From contig OZ220696.1 in assembly GCA_965116495.1 (NCBI GenBank), positions 1,568,001 through 1,632,000 of the forward strand: DNA of 64,000 nt, in the 5' to 3' direction. Origin of the DNA: Gammaproteobacteria bacterium (GTDB lineage: Bacteria; Pseudomonadota; Gammaproteobacteria; Eutrophobiales; Eutrophobiaceae). The notes beneath the pieces were generated by a model that was not told the DNA's origin, did not search any database, and was given only the letters and a program-made list of their open reading frames with translations. How positions within the stretch are numbered: the first letter of the stretch is position 1; every line of letters begins with the position of its first letter. The translations under genes were made by a program, and so were the position numbers. Positions 40,089 to 49,982 of this stretch are shown here, piece by piece.

Positions 40089-41468
40089 TTAATCAAGCGC
40101 CAGCAGGGTATGCAGCAGGTTATCCCTGAAACTGATATTGCCTGTCAGGCTATTGTGTTTTTCACACAAAAGGAATACGTGATGCAGGGGGAAATAACTG
40201 TATTTGTGGCGCGGCACGCTGGGGTCGAGAGTATTCCGGCCCAGCAGGGACGCCTTGGTGACAGCCCCGTCTCCAGGCTCCAGCAACAGGGCATCATAAT
40301 CCACTCCCGGGACGGGCTGGGTAACCTCATCGGGGTACATGCGGATTTCCGAGACCCCGGCCACCTCTTCGACCAGTATCCGGGCCGGGGTCAGGGCACA
40401 GTCCCCGCCAAAGACAATCAGTCCGGGGTGTCCTTCCGGCAACGGCACGGTCAGTGACCAGACAAAGCGCCTGGCCCGCTCCAGTGACTTCTCGAAATAA
40501 GCCTCCAGGGTTTTAAGATAGGCCTCACCTTCGGCGGCAAGGGCATACCGGGACCGGATGCGTTGGCGCGTTCCCTCGTCAAAGATCGACCACTTGAAAC
40601 GGCGCCAGGTATTTACGTCAAATATGTCACGCTTCAGGGGAGTCCCGTCGCTGGTTACGATCCAGTTATTCAGCGGGTGGGGCAACAACTGGTACAGACT
40701 CGGCATGGTCACCAGGGTTTCCGTACTGATCTTCCTGAAACCCGGCTTGATCCCGTCGATAAAGGTATTCAGTATTTTCACCGAACCCAGGTTGGGAGTC
40801 CCCAGCAGGATAACCCGCCTGACCCTCTCCGCGCCGTATAAATTCACCGGGAAATCATTACTGCCCAGCACGTCGGCGCGCCCGTAACGGATAAAGTAAC
40901 GGGCGACCAGGCCTCCCATACTGTGCGCGATGATATCGACCTTCAAGCGGGGGTTGCCATGGTCCAGCCTGATCTGCTCGATGAAATCCGCCAGGCGCGC
41001 GGCGTTGATCACGTTATCCAGGCGCCAGTCGTAATAAAACGGGTAATAATATTTTGTATTCGGCTGGACTTTCCGGCCGGGCAGCGCCTTCTCATATTCC
41101 CCCACTTCCTCCAGGGTCCGCAGTATATGCCCGTAGTAGTCCTTGCCGGCAGTGTTGTCGGCAATGGCAAACGCTGTCAGTTCACTGGGTTCGGGCTCCA
41201 GGGTGTCGGGGTTGACCTGCAAAGCCAGGTCATGGTGTTTATCGAACAGCAGCTTCCACAGAGAACCGAACCATAATTCCTTGTCGGTTTCCTTGTGTTT
41301 GAGCTTGCTGCCCAGGATTCCATGGATGAAAACGACCGGGGGTTGATCTTCCACCGCCATGCTTTGCATGTACAGGCGCTGCAAATCAGGCTTTGTCGAG
41401 GCAATAAAGAAGTGGTTGCCGAGCAGGGCAATTATGGCGCCGAATGCTATGTAAACCAAGCGTTTCAA
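40089..41468 (-). CDS. Lipase/acyltransferase (LCAT/PGAP1-like alpha/beta hydrolase)
   Basis: N-terminal TM; FIHGILGS, YDWR, AHSMGG nucleophile, GTPNLGS, GDG.V, late His. Confidence 0.88.
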   Translation of the reverse strand: MKRLVYIAFGAIIALLGNHFFIASTKPDLQRLYMQSMAVEDQPPVVFIHGILGSKLKHKETDKELWFGSLWKLLFDKHHDLALQVNPDTLEPEPSELTAFAIADNTAGKDYYGHILRTLEEVGEYEKALPGRKVQPNTKYYYPFYYDWRLDNVINAARLADFIEQIRLDHGNPRLKVDIIAHSMGGLVARYFIRYGRADVLGSNDFPVNLYGAERVRRVILLGTPNLGSVKILNTFIDGIKPGFRKISTETLVTMPSLYQLLPHPLNNWIVTSDGTPLKRDIFDVNTWRRFKWSIFDEGTRQRIRSRYALAAEGEAYLKTLEAYFEKSLERARRFVWSLTVPLPEGHPGLIVFGGDCALTPARILVEEVAGVSEIRMYPDEVTQPVPGVDYDALLLEPGDGAVTKASLLGRNTLDPSVPRHKYSYFPLHHVFLLCEKHNSLTGNISFRDNLLHTLLALD

Positions 41469-41651
41469 TATGTAGGCCGATACGTAGTTACGTTACAGAA
41501 ATCCCTGACATGATCAGAGGTTCATATTCAGTAAGACTCGTTTCCCTCGCATTGGTTCGCGCATATATGCTTTTGTCGCATACTTCGGGCTAGGGGAATA
41601 TTAGCGTATAATATTTGAAATTCAAAAATTATCGATTAGCATCCGCAGATT

Positions 41652-42596
41652 ATGTCAGTTCGCATTCATCACACCTCTAAGCTCATCGTGAGCATGATTA
41701 TTATTATGCTGTGGTGCCAGGCCTGTGCAGCGGAACAGGAAGTAATAGAACCATTTGATATGGCAGCGCATTCCAGGACCCTGACCGTCAACGACCTGGA
41801 GTTTCCCGTGACTGTATACGGAGAAGGCCCTGCCGTCGTGTTCCTGCACGGTTTCCCTGATTCCCGTGAAGTCTGGCGCTACCAGGTACAGGCAGTTGCG
41901 GACGTCGGTTACCGTGTCATCGTCCCGGACCAGCGCGGGTTTGGCGATGCCGGCCGCCCGGATGGCGTTGAACACTACCGGATCCAGTTACTGGCCGCAG
42001 ATATCATCGGTATCATGGACCAGTTAGGCATTGACCGGGCCAGGCTGGTCGGCCATGACTTCGGGGCGGGCCTGGCCTGGTTCATGGCTGCCCATATACC
42101 GGAACGGTTCAGCCAGCTTGCCGTCATGTCGGTCGGCTCCTCGGGCAACTCCGGCTGGGATACCATCGAACAACGGGAGGCATCCTGGTATTTCGATTTC
42201 TTTAACAAGACCGATGTGGCGGAAACGGCTCTTACGGCAAATAACTGGGATTTCTTCAGGCGGCTGACCCGGCATAGTGGCGATCAGGACAGATTCATCA
42301 GGGATTTATCCCGTCCCGGCGCCTTGACCGCTGCCTTGAACTGGTATCGCGCCAATACCCGGGGCTGGGGCGGCCTGCACTCGGGTCTCAATTATCCGTT
42401 GATAGATAGGCCGGTGATGGGGATCTGGAGCAGCGCCGATCCTTTCCTCAAGGAAGCACAGATGCAGGGTTCCAGTATTAACGTGGGAGGCCCCTGGCGC
42501 TACGAACGGGTCGAAGGCGCAGGCCACTGGTTCATGCTGGAAAAACCCGCAACCGTGAACAGCCTGTTAATTGATTTTTTTGACGGTTTTCATTAA
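41652..42596 (+). CDS. Epoxide-hydrolase-like alpha/beta hydrolase, exported
   Basis: HGFP oxyanion motif, GHDFG Asp nucleophile, SWYF and LNWYRA lid tyrosines, GHW; signal-like N-terminus. Confidence 0.88.
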   Translation: MSVRIHHTSKLIVSMIIIMLWCQACAAEQEVIEPFDMAAHSRTLTVNDLEFPVTVYGEGPAVVFLHGFPDSREVWRYQVQAVADVGYRVIVPDQRGFGDAGRPDGVEHYRIQLLAADIIGIMDQLGIDRARLVGHDFGAGLAWFMAAHIPERFSQLAVMSVGSSGNSGWDTIEQREASWYFDFFNKTDVAETALTANNWDFFRRLTRHSGDQDRFIRDLSRPGALTAALNWYRANTRGWGGLHSGLNYPLIDRPVMGIWSSADPFLKEAQMQGSSINVGGPWRYERVEGAGHWFMLEKPATVNSLLIDFFDGFH

Positions 42597-42612
42597 GTCA
42601 AACGAAACAAGC

Positions 42613-43305
42613 ATGTCGCAACCGGGTACAGGTCAAACAACAAGCGGTCAATTCTTCTGGGTTGCGGATAACGTCATAGCCAGTGACTTTCCTGATGTTT
42701 CGACCGCCCTGCGTCACCCGGACGGATTGCTGGCTATCGGCGGCAATCTCGAACCTGACACCCTGCTCAATGCTTACCGGCGCGGAATTTTTCCCTGGTA
42801 CAGCGAGGGCCAACCTGTTCTCTGGTGGTCGCCCGACCCGCGCTGCGTCCTGGAACCCGAGCAGGTGAAGATCAGCCGCAGCCTGGCGAAAACCCTGAAA
42901 AAGAAAAAATTCAAGGTGACGTTCAACCGGGCCTTTGCCGGCGTGGTACGGGGTTGCGCGGCCCCGCGCGCCGACGACACGAATACCTGGATAACGACCG
43001 ATATGGCCTCGGCCTATATAAAGTTACACAAGCTGGGACACGGCTTTTCGGCGGAATGCTGGCATAACGGCGTCTTGGCGGGCGGTCTCTATGGCGTGGT
43101 TATCGGCCGGGTTTTTTTCGGCGAATCCATGTTCAGCCGCATAACCGACGCATCCAAGGTTGCCCTGGTGAGCCTGACACAGATGCTGCACAAGCGCCGT
43201 TTCCGCCTTATCGACTGCCAGGTCCCTTCCAACCACCTGCTGGGTCTTGGGGCAAATTTGATTGAGCGGGATGTTTTTATCAATATCCTGAAGCATTACT
43301 GCTGA
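42613..43305 (+). CDS. aat: Leucyl/phenylalanyl-tRNA-protein transferase
   Basis: GLLAIGG, AYRRGIFPW, WWSPDPR, FFGESMFS, DASK. Confidence 0.96.
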   Translation: MSQPGTGQTTSGQFFWVADNVIASDFPDVSTALRHPDGLLAIGGNLEPDTLLNAYRRGIFPWYSEGQPVLWWSPDPRCVLEPEQVKISRSLAKTLKKKKFKVTFNRAFAGVVRGCAAPRADDTNTWITTDMASAYIKLHKLGHGFSAECWHNGVLAGGLYGVVIGRVFFGESMFSRITDASKVALVSLTQMLHKRRFRLIDCQVPSNHLLGLGANLIERDVFINILKHYC

Positions 43306-43389
43306 TGCAGGATATTTCACTAATGGATGCGGTCTGGTAAAACAGCCGTTTTTCAGACATAATCCCATTTTTTCTAACCGCGAGGAACC

Positions 43390-43608
43390 ATGCCTAAAGA
43401 AGATCAAATTGAAATGGAAGGGACGATAATCGAAACTCTGCCGAACACCATGTTCAGGGTAGAACTGGACAGCGGGCATATCATTATTGCCCACATATCC
43501 GGAAAAATGCGAAAAAACTATATCAGGATCCTCACGGGGGACCGTGTCACCGTTGAAATGACCCCTTATGACCTGTCAAAAGGCAGGATCACCTACCGCA
43601 ATCGATAA
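43390..43608 (+). CDS. infA: Translation initiation factor IF-1
   Basis: Canonical 72-aa IF-1 sequence. Confidence 0.99.
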   Translation: MPKEDQIEMEGTIIETLPNTMFRVELDSGHIIIAHISGKMRKNYIRILTGDRVTVEMTPYDLSKGRITYRNR

Positions 43609-43666
43609 AATTACGAATTACGAATTACGAATTACGAACAGTCCTAATTCCTAATTCGTAATTCCT
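43609..43666. repeat. Inverted heptamer arrays between convergent infA and kdsB
   Basis: 4x AATTACG then 3x AATTC(C/G)T. Confidence 0.9.
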
Positions 43667-44406
43667 GACTGTATTTCTCTCTGCGCCAACTCGGCGTCTT
43701 CCGGCGTATTGATATCCAGGCCCGTTTCCGCAACTGCCCGTTCCATGTGGATGCGGAAACCATGGTACAGCGCCCGCAACTGTTCCAGCCGTTCCGTTAG
43801 TTCAAGTTCGCTCGCAGGCAGGCCCGCGTAGGTTTTCAGAAAATCGCAGGTGTAGGCATAAATGCCGATGTGCCGGCAGTCCGTGTCCCGTTCGCCGGCG
43901 CCGGGTGCGCGCCAGGGGATAGGTGAACGGCTGAAGAACAGCGCATAGCCCTGGCGGTCGACCACTACTTTGACGCAGTTAGGATTGTTCAGTTCATCCA
44001 TCGATTTAACGGGCGCATGCAGGCTTGCCATGGAGGCATCCCCGTGTTCGTCCAGGTTACGGGCAACCTGGTTGATCAATGCCGGCGGCAGATCAAGCTC
44101 ATCCCCCTGCACATTGACAATGATGCGCTCACCGGGCAACTGCAAGCGGGCAACGACCTCGGCAATACGGTCGGTCCCGGAACGGTGTGACGGTGAGGTC
44201 ATGACTACCCTGGCGCCGAAGCTGCGCGCAACGGCCTCGATCCTTTCATCGTCGGTGGCAATGATAACGTCGGCCGCATCGCTCCGGACGGCCGCCAGGT
44301 AGACGTGCTGCAACAACGGGCGCCCGCCGATGTTGATTAACGGTTTCCCCGGCAGGCGCGCGGCCGCGAACCTGGCAGGGATAATCACCAAAAAATCCCG
44401 TTTCAC
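43651..44406 (-). CDS. kdsB: 3-deoxy-manno-octulosonate cytidylyltransferase
   Basis: IIPARF..RLPGKPL, SGTDR, NVQGDE, HIGIYAY, LEQLRAL. Confidence 0.97.
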   Translation of the reverse strand: MKRDFLVIIPARFAAARLPGKPLINIGGRPLLQHVYLAAVRSDAADVIIATDDERIEAVARSFGARVVMTSPSHRSGTDRIAEVVARLQLPGERIIVNVQGDELDLPPALINQVARNLDEHGDASMASLHAPVKSMDELNNPNCVKVVVDRQGYALFFSRSPIPWRAPGAGERDTDCRHIGIYAYTCDFLKTYAGLPASELELTERLEQLRALYHGFRIHMERAVAETGLDINTPEDAELAQREIQSGITN

Positions 44407-44594
44407 TTTCTGTAGTGTTCCACTTCTTCCCGGGTCAGGGTACGCGCATCGCTTTCCAGCATAATGGGAATATCATCGCGAACCGGATAAGCCAGGCGCG
44501 CGGCAACCGAAATCAACTCCTGTTTTGATTTGTCATAGATCAACGGACCCTTGGTTACAGGGCATACCAGGATATCAAGCAAATTCTTATCCAA
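44403..44594 (-). CDS. ycaR: Trm112-family protein YcaR
   Basis: [13 protein letters not shown]...[11 protein letters not shown]; canonical position. Confidence 0.95.
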   Translation of the reverse strand: MDKNLLDILVCPVTKGPLIYDKSKQELISVAARLAYPVRDDIPIMLESDARTLTREEVEHYRK

Positions 44595-45558
44595 GTCTCA
44601 CTTCCTCCAGTAATGATCTGAGTTTGCGTGCAAAAGTTTCGGGCAGTCTCACATCTATCGGCACATACCAGGCGTTCTCAAGCGCAAAGCGCCGGCATTT
44701 GACCGCGTCTTTCTCGGTCATCAGTACCGCGCCCGCATCGCTGAATTCAAGATCGGAGCGCCTGAAACCATAGTGGTCGGGAAACGCGTGTTGTTCAATA
44801 TTAATGCTATTCTGACGTAACAGGGAAAAAAATCGCTCCGGGTTACCGATAGCCGCAACGGCGTGTACCGTTTGTTGCGCGAACCGGGACAACTCCCTTT
44901 CCTGTCGCCCGTCCAGGGACTTTACCGTCATGCCGGTGTATTCCATGAGAAATTCACCTGCAGCGGCCTTGCCGCCGGTCACGATCAGGTCCACCGAATT
45001 CAGCCGGGACGGCGGTTCGCGTAACGGCCCGGCAGGAAGACAGTGGCGATTGCCGAAGCGACGCGCACCGTCGATGACGGCAATTTCAATATCCCTGCCC
45101 AGAGAGGTATGTTGCAGGCCGTCGTCACTCAGCAGGATATCGCAATCTGCCTGCCGCAGAAGTGCCTGCGCGGCTTTTACCCGGTCAGGCGCAACCATAA
45201 CCGGACATCCGGTGCGTTGCGCCAGTAATACCGGCTCATCGCCCACCAGGCCCGGGTCACTACCGGGGTCGACCCGGCGCGGCAGTTTTTCCGGGGCGCC
45301 GGCATAGCCTCTGCTGACGATGCCCGGTTTATACGCAAGGGATTGCAGGTAGCGGGCCAGCCAGATGACAAGCGGGGTTTTGCCGGTCCCGCCGACCGTC
45401 AGGTTACCCACAACGATGACCGGCGCTGCGAGCCTGCGAACGGGCAGGACGCCGGCCGCGTACATGAACCTGCGACAGGCCAGCGCCAGGCGGTATACCC
45501 AGCTCAACGGCACCAGTAGCACCGCCAACGGATGCCGGCCGTACCAGAGGGCTTCCAT
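44587..45558 (-). CDS. lpxK: Tetraacyldisaccharide 4'-kinase
   Basis: [35 protein letters not shown]. Confidence 0.97.
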   Translation of the reverse strand: MEALWYGRHPLAVLLVPLSWVYRLALACRRFMYAAGVLPVRRLAAPVIVVGNLTVGGTGKTPLVIWLARYLQSLAYKPGIVSRGYAGAPEKLPRRVDPGSDPGLVGDEPVLLAQRTGCPVMVAPDRVKAAQALLRQADCDILLSDDGLQHTSLGRDIEIAVIDGARRFGNRHCLPAGPLREPPSRLNSVDLIVTGGKAAAGEFLMEYTGMTVKSLDGRQERELSRFAQQTVHAVAAIGNPERFFSLLRQNSINIEQHAFPDHYGFRRSDLEFSDAGAVLMTEKDAVKCRRFALENAWYVPIDVRLPETFARKLRSLLEEVRLG

Positions 45559-45583
45559 ATGGAACCGGAGCGAGATAATATTT

Positions 45584-46000
45584 CTATTCTTCCAGGACTC
45601 GTGTCGCAAAAGTGATGTTGACCAAGCCGTAGTGGCGCGCGGCATCCATCACCTTGATCACCGTCTGATGACTGACTTCAGCGTCGGCGCGGATAATCAC
45701 CGGTGGGTCGGTCAGTGCCTGCGCCTGTTCATTCAGCGCCGCGCCGATCGTCGGAACCCTGGTGTTTGCCAGGGGTTTATCACCAATATAAATCTGCTCG
45801 TTGGCGTCGATCCTGACCAGGATGAAATCCGGCTTTGTCTCCATCTGCTCTTCCGAGGCTTCCGGCAGGGTTATCTTGAGCTCCGATTCGCGTTCGAACG
45901 TGGTGGAAACCATAAAGAATATCAGCAGCAAAAACACCACGTCGATCAGCGGGGTGATATTGATGTCCGTTTCGCCCTGACGTTCTGAACGGAATTTCAC
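45584..46000 (-). CDS. exbD: ExbD/TolR family protein
   Basis: INITPLIDVVFLLLIFFMV. Confidence 0.92.
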   Translation of the reverse strand: MKFRSERQGETDINITPLIDVVFLLLIFFMVSTTFERESELKITLPEASEEQMETKPDFILVRIDANEQIYIGDKPLANTRVPTIGAALNEQAQALTDPPVIIRADAEVSHQTVIKVMDAARHYGLVNITFATRVLEE

Positions 46001-46626
46001 TCTCTCTCCCCGTGCATGACCTCGACCATTTTCAGCGCTTCCTGTTCCATGGTAACCACCAGTTCATCCACCCGCCCGCGGAAATAGCGGTAAAACATCA
46101 ATGATGGTATGGCCACAGTCAGGCCCACGGCTGTGGTAATCAGCGCTTCGGAAATGCCCTCGGCCAGGACACTCGGGTCACCGACACCCTGTGCGGTAAT
46201 AACGGCAAAGACCTTGATCATGCCGACAACGGTGCCCAGCAACCCCAGCAAGGGCGATATTGATGCAATGGTCCCCAGAGTATTCAGGTAACGTTCCAGG
46301 TCATGGGCCACGTGGCGTCCGACTTCCTCGATACTTTCCCTCATGACTTCCCGGTCGTGTTTCCTGTTGACCAGTCCCGCGGCAAGCACCCTTCCCAACG
46401 GTGAATCTCTCCTTAATTTCTCTACGTGATGCGCATTCAGCATCCCCTTTTTATTCCATTCCCACACCCTGAGAACCAGGTTGGACGAGATGATCCGTTT
46501 CGTCTGCAATGACCAGAAGCGTTCGGCAATAATTGCCAGTGAAATGATCGAGCACAGCAGCAACGGCCATATCAAAAAGCCCCCGGATTTAATTAATTCA
46601 AGCACGCAATCCTCCTGCTTAACCAC
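45997..46626 (-). CDS. exbB: MotA/TolQ/ExbB proton channel protein
   Basis: PLLGLLGTVVGMI, GISEALITTA. Confidence 0.9.
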   Translation of the reverse strand: MVKQEDCVLELIKSGGFLIWPLLLCSIISLAIIAERFWSLQTKRIISSNLVLRVWEWNKKGMLNAHHVEKLRRDSPLGRVLAAGLVNRKHDREVMRESIEEVGRHVAHDLERYLNTLGTIASISPLLGLLGTVVGMIKVFAVITAQGVGDPSVLAEGISEALITTAVGLTVAIPSLMFYRYFRGRVDELVVTMEQEALKMVEVMHGERE

Positions 46627-46712
46627 TCAACGTAACGTCAACAAGGGCTCGCACGGCAGCCTCCGGAACCATTTTCCGGCAAACGTCGCCATCTCCCGAG
46701 TGTAGCATCATA

Positions 46713-49037
46713 TTATGACCCGTCATGATGGCCCATACTATTCGGCACAGTATGCCAGAATCGGCGTTGTTTTTCCCTATGCATCGTCACTTCCGGTCCG
46801 GCCGGGGACGCGCGGATCCGGATCGCGCCGTTCTCCGCTGTGCTCAACAACCTGGTCCCGTATTCCCGGTAACGGGAAATTATATCCTGGTTGGGCAGGT
46901 TGAAACGGTTCCTGTAACCCACCGGGAATATTGCGATATCCGGAGAAACGGCCCTGATAAAATCCCGCGTTGAAGAGGTCTTGCTGCCGTGATGGGGCAC
47001 CACGAGCACATCCGCGCGCAACCCGGCGCCATGGCGTTGCACCAGGCTCCGTTCAGCGCTCCTCTCGATGTCTCCGGACAACAACAGGGTCAGGTTGCGC
47101 GCACTGATGCGCACCACACAGGAGCTATTATTGGCGGACAGGTTCATGGCTTCAACAGGATGTAACACCTGGAACCGGACGCCGTCCCAGTACCAGGACT
47201 GGCCGTCAAGACAATCCCGCGCCTGCTGGTGCGGTATCAGGTCCGGCACGCTGCTGATGGCCCGGGATATGGGTATATCACCAACAAGACCTGTTAACCC
47301 GCCGATATGATCATTATCGCCATGACTTTGCACCAGCAGGTCCAGCGCGTTGATGCCCGAATTTCGCAGAAAAGGCATTACCACTGCGGCGCCCGTATTA
47401 AAACCGGAAGGATAAGCCGGACCGGTGTCGTACAGCAGGTTGTGTTTTTGTGTGCTCACGACCACGGCAAGCCCCTGCCCTACGTCCAGTACGGTCATGC
47501 TGACTTCGCCGAATGACGGCCCCGGTTTGCCGGGGAAAAACAAGGGGGCAAGCCAGATCAATCCCAGCCACCTCGATGTTATTCCACGGGGCAGCAGCAG
47601 GATCAGTATGCCTGCACTGGTGACAATCAGGGTGATCAGGCCGGGACGGACGATGGAGAGCAACTGGAATTCCCAGGCCGTGAATAAATTCAGTGTCCAC
47701 CAGAAAACGTGCAGGGACGCCAGTGCAAGCTCCAGCAGCAAATCCACCCGGATGAACAACAGCATGGAACCGCCGAGGACGAGAGGTATGACGACAAAGC
47801 TGACCCACGGCACTGCGAACATATTCGCAAACAGGCTGAATAACGGGAACTGCTGGTAATATAATGCCAGCGCCGGCAACAGACCTATACTGACTACGTA
47901 CTGGACCCTGCCCCATTCCTGCAGCCGGTGAAGCCGTGGCTGAACCCGGTAGCCGACACCGTAAAGTATCACTGCTACGGCGCAGAAGGAGAGCCAGAAA
48001 CTGGCCGACATGGGAGCAAACGGGTCAATTATCAGGACCGCGAACAACGCTATTCCAAGCACGTCAAACGATACCATTGTCCGGTCCCATAACTTCATAC
48101 CGAAATACACCCAGACCATGACCAGCGCGCGTTGCGTGGGCAGTGAAAAGCCGGCCAGCAACGCATACACCAAAGCAACGAACATCGCTGCCGCTGCCGC
48201 CGGCCTGAGGGCGGGAATATCAGCGAGAGGCGCCGGCATGAATAACCGCAACGAACCCCAGACCGGCAACGCCAACAGGTAGACAAGGCCCGCCACCAGG
48301 CCGATATGCAAGCCGGATATGGCAATGAGGTGATTGGTGCCGGTTGCCGTCAACACCCGCCAGTGTGCATCGCCGAGGCCACTCCTGTCCCCGACAGCCA
48401 ACGCGGGGATAAACCCGGCCAGTGTATCGGCGGGGAATACCTCCCGGATTTTGTTTCTTATTACAAACCGCAGGAAGTCGGGATTGAACCCGGCAGCCTC
48501 GTGCAGCCTGGCATTGTTCTGATCATCTACAACGTATCCCGTTGCCCGCAAGCGGTTCTGAAACAACCAGGACTCATAATCGAAGCCGCCGGGATTCATG
48601 TATCCGTGGGGCCTCTTCAGCTTTACCCTGAGGCGCCAGGTCTCACCGGGCTGCAATGGTTGGTGGCCTTCATACCAGCTCAACCTTACCCTGCCGGGAT
48701 TTGCTGTAACCGGCCGGCCTTTGTGCGTGAGTTTGTCTATACGGAAATTGAAGCGGACGGAATGGGCATTGGTCTCGGGGAGTGAGACAACCGTCCCCTC
48801 GGCGTACAGCGCCCTGCCTTCGTTCCGGGGCAGTATTTCATGGTTCAACAACAGGTGGGCATTCAACAGCGCCCAGAGAAAACCGGCGGCGACCAGGCAC
48901 GGAAATCGGCACCGGCTATACCGCCAGCCCAGGTAAATAACCGGCGGCAACCCGAATGCGAACCAGAAATGGGGCAATACGGGCAGGCGGGTACAGATAA
49001 TAACGCCTGAGAGAAATAACAATCCCTTGAAGAACAC
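46713..49037 (-). CDS. comEC: DNA uptake competence protein ComEC/Rec2
   Basis: NPGGFDY, HLIAISGLH, LDVGQG, SHGDNDH, PHHGS. Confidence 0.96.
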   Translation of the reverse strand: MFFKGLLFLSGVIICTRLPVLPHFWFAFGLPPVIYLGWRYSRCRFPCLVAAGFLWALLNAHLLLNHEILPRNEGRALYAEGTVVSLPETNAHSVRFNFRIDKLTHKGRPVTANPGRVRLSWYEGHQPLQPGETWRLRVKLKRPHGYMNPGGFDYESWLFQNRLRATGYVVDDQNNARLHEAAGFNPDFLRFVIRNKIREVFPADTLAGFIPALAVGDRSGLGDAHWRVLTATGTNHLIAISGLHIGLVAGLVYLLALPVWGSLRLFMPAPLADIPALRPAAAAAMFVALVYALLAGFSLPTQRALVMVWVYFGMKLWDRTMVSFDVLGIALFAVLIIDPFAPMSASFWLSFCAVAVILYGVGYRVQPRLHRLQEWGRVQYVVSIGLLPALALYYQQFPLFSLFANMFAVPWVSFVVIPLVLGGSMLLFIRVDLLLELALASLHVFWWTLNLFTAWEFQLLSIVRPGLITLIVTSAGILILLLPRGITSRWLGLIWLAPLFFPGKPGPSFGEVSMTVLDVGQGLAVVVSTQKHNLLYDTGPAYPSGFNTGAAVVMPFLRNSGINALDLLVQSHGDNDHIGGLTGLVGDIPISRAISSVPDLIPHQQARDCLDGQSWYWDGVRFQVLHPVEAMNLSANNSSCVVRISARNLTLLLSGDIERSAERSLVQRHGAGLRADVLVVPHHGSKTSSTRDFIRAVSPDIAIFPVGYRNRFNLPNQDIISRYREYGTRLLSTAENGAIRIRASPAGPEVTMHREKQRRFWHTVPNSMGHHDGS

Positions 49038-49124
49038 GATACGCTCCCTGTTATGTAATCAGATTTCAACTATTGAGAATATCATCTCCCCGGCGGGTTC
49101 ACCAACCCCGGGTTTACATCACCT

Positions 49125-49294
49125 CAGGGCAAACGCATACATTGTGAATTAAGGCTATCGTCATCCCGGCGCAAGCCGGAATCTAGTCGAAAATTGCTTC
49201 ATTGTTTATGATAATGACCTCTTGTCCACTGGATTCCGGCTTGCGCCGGAATGACGCAACGAGTTTCCCGATTCAAAAGTATGCGTTTGCCCTG
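49125..49294. mobile_element. 170-bp MITE with 16-bp perfect TIRs and 10-bp TSD, carrying a REP doublet
   Basis: TIRs cagggcaaacgcatac / gtatgcgtttgccctg; TSD tacatcacct at 49115-49124 and 49295-49304; internal 49159-49256 REPIN. Confidence 0.85.
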
Positions 49295-49298
49295 TACA

Positions 49299-49982
49299 TC
49301 ACCTGGCATGTAATCTTCCCTCGCTCAACTCATACACCTTGTCCAGACTATCCAGCAGCCGGGTATTATGTGTGACCATGACCAGGCTGATACCGCGTGC
49401 CTTGTTCAGTTCCAGCATGACCGAAAAAACCCGGTTTGCGGTCTGTTCATCCAGGTTGCCGGTGGGTTCATCCGCCAGGATGCAGCGGGGCCGGTTCACC
49501 AGCGCCCGGGCGATTGCTGCCCGTTGACGTTCTCCTCCCGATAATTCTCCAGGTTTATGTTGCAGGCGCTGTTTTAATCCCACCTGCGCCAGCATATCAA
49601 GCGCGGCATCCCTGGCTGTCTGCGGGGTCTCTCCTCTCACCAGCAATGGCAGCGCCACGTTCTCCAGGGCAGTAAATTCCTGCAGCAAGTGATGGAACTG
49701 GTAGATAAAACCCAGTTTCCGGTTACGCAAACGGCTGATTTCCAGGTCAGACAGCGCCGCCAGGGAGACGCCGTCCAGCGTCACTTCACCGGCGCTGGGC
49801 TTGTCCAGTCCACCCAGCAGGTGCAGCAGGGTACTCTTGCCGGAACCGGAGGAACCGGCGATCCCTATGCAACTGCCGTCCGGGACTTCCAGGTCGACAC
49901 CTTTCAACACCTCGACATGGAGATTTCCTTCACTGAAGGTCTTCCTCAACCCGGAACAGGCCAGGGCGAGCGCTTTACTCAT
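49299..49982 (-). CDS. lolD: Lipoprotein-releasing ABC transporter ATPase
   Basis: [36 protein letters not shown]. Confidence 0.96.
   Translation of the reverse strand: MSKALALACSGLRKTFSEGNLHVEVLKGVDLEVPDGSCIGIAGSSGSGKSTLLHLLGGLDKPSAGEVTLDGVSLAALSDLEISRLRNRKLGFIYQFHHLLQEFTALENVALPLLVRGETPQTARDAALDMLAQVGLKQRLQHKPGELSGGERQRAAIARALVNRPRCILADEPTGNLDEQTANRVFSVMLELNKARGISLVMVTHNTRLLDSLDKVYELSEGRLHAR

Noticed and set aside
45559-45583. No msbA between exbD and lpxK
   Set aside because: The comEC-exbB-exbD-lpxK-ycaR-kdsB order without msbA is known (e.g. Pseudomonas).
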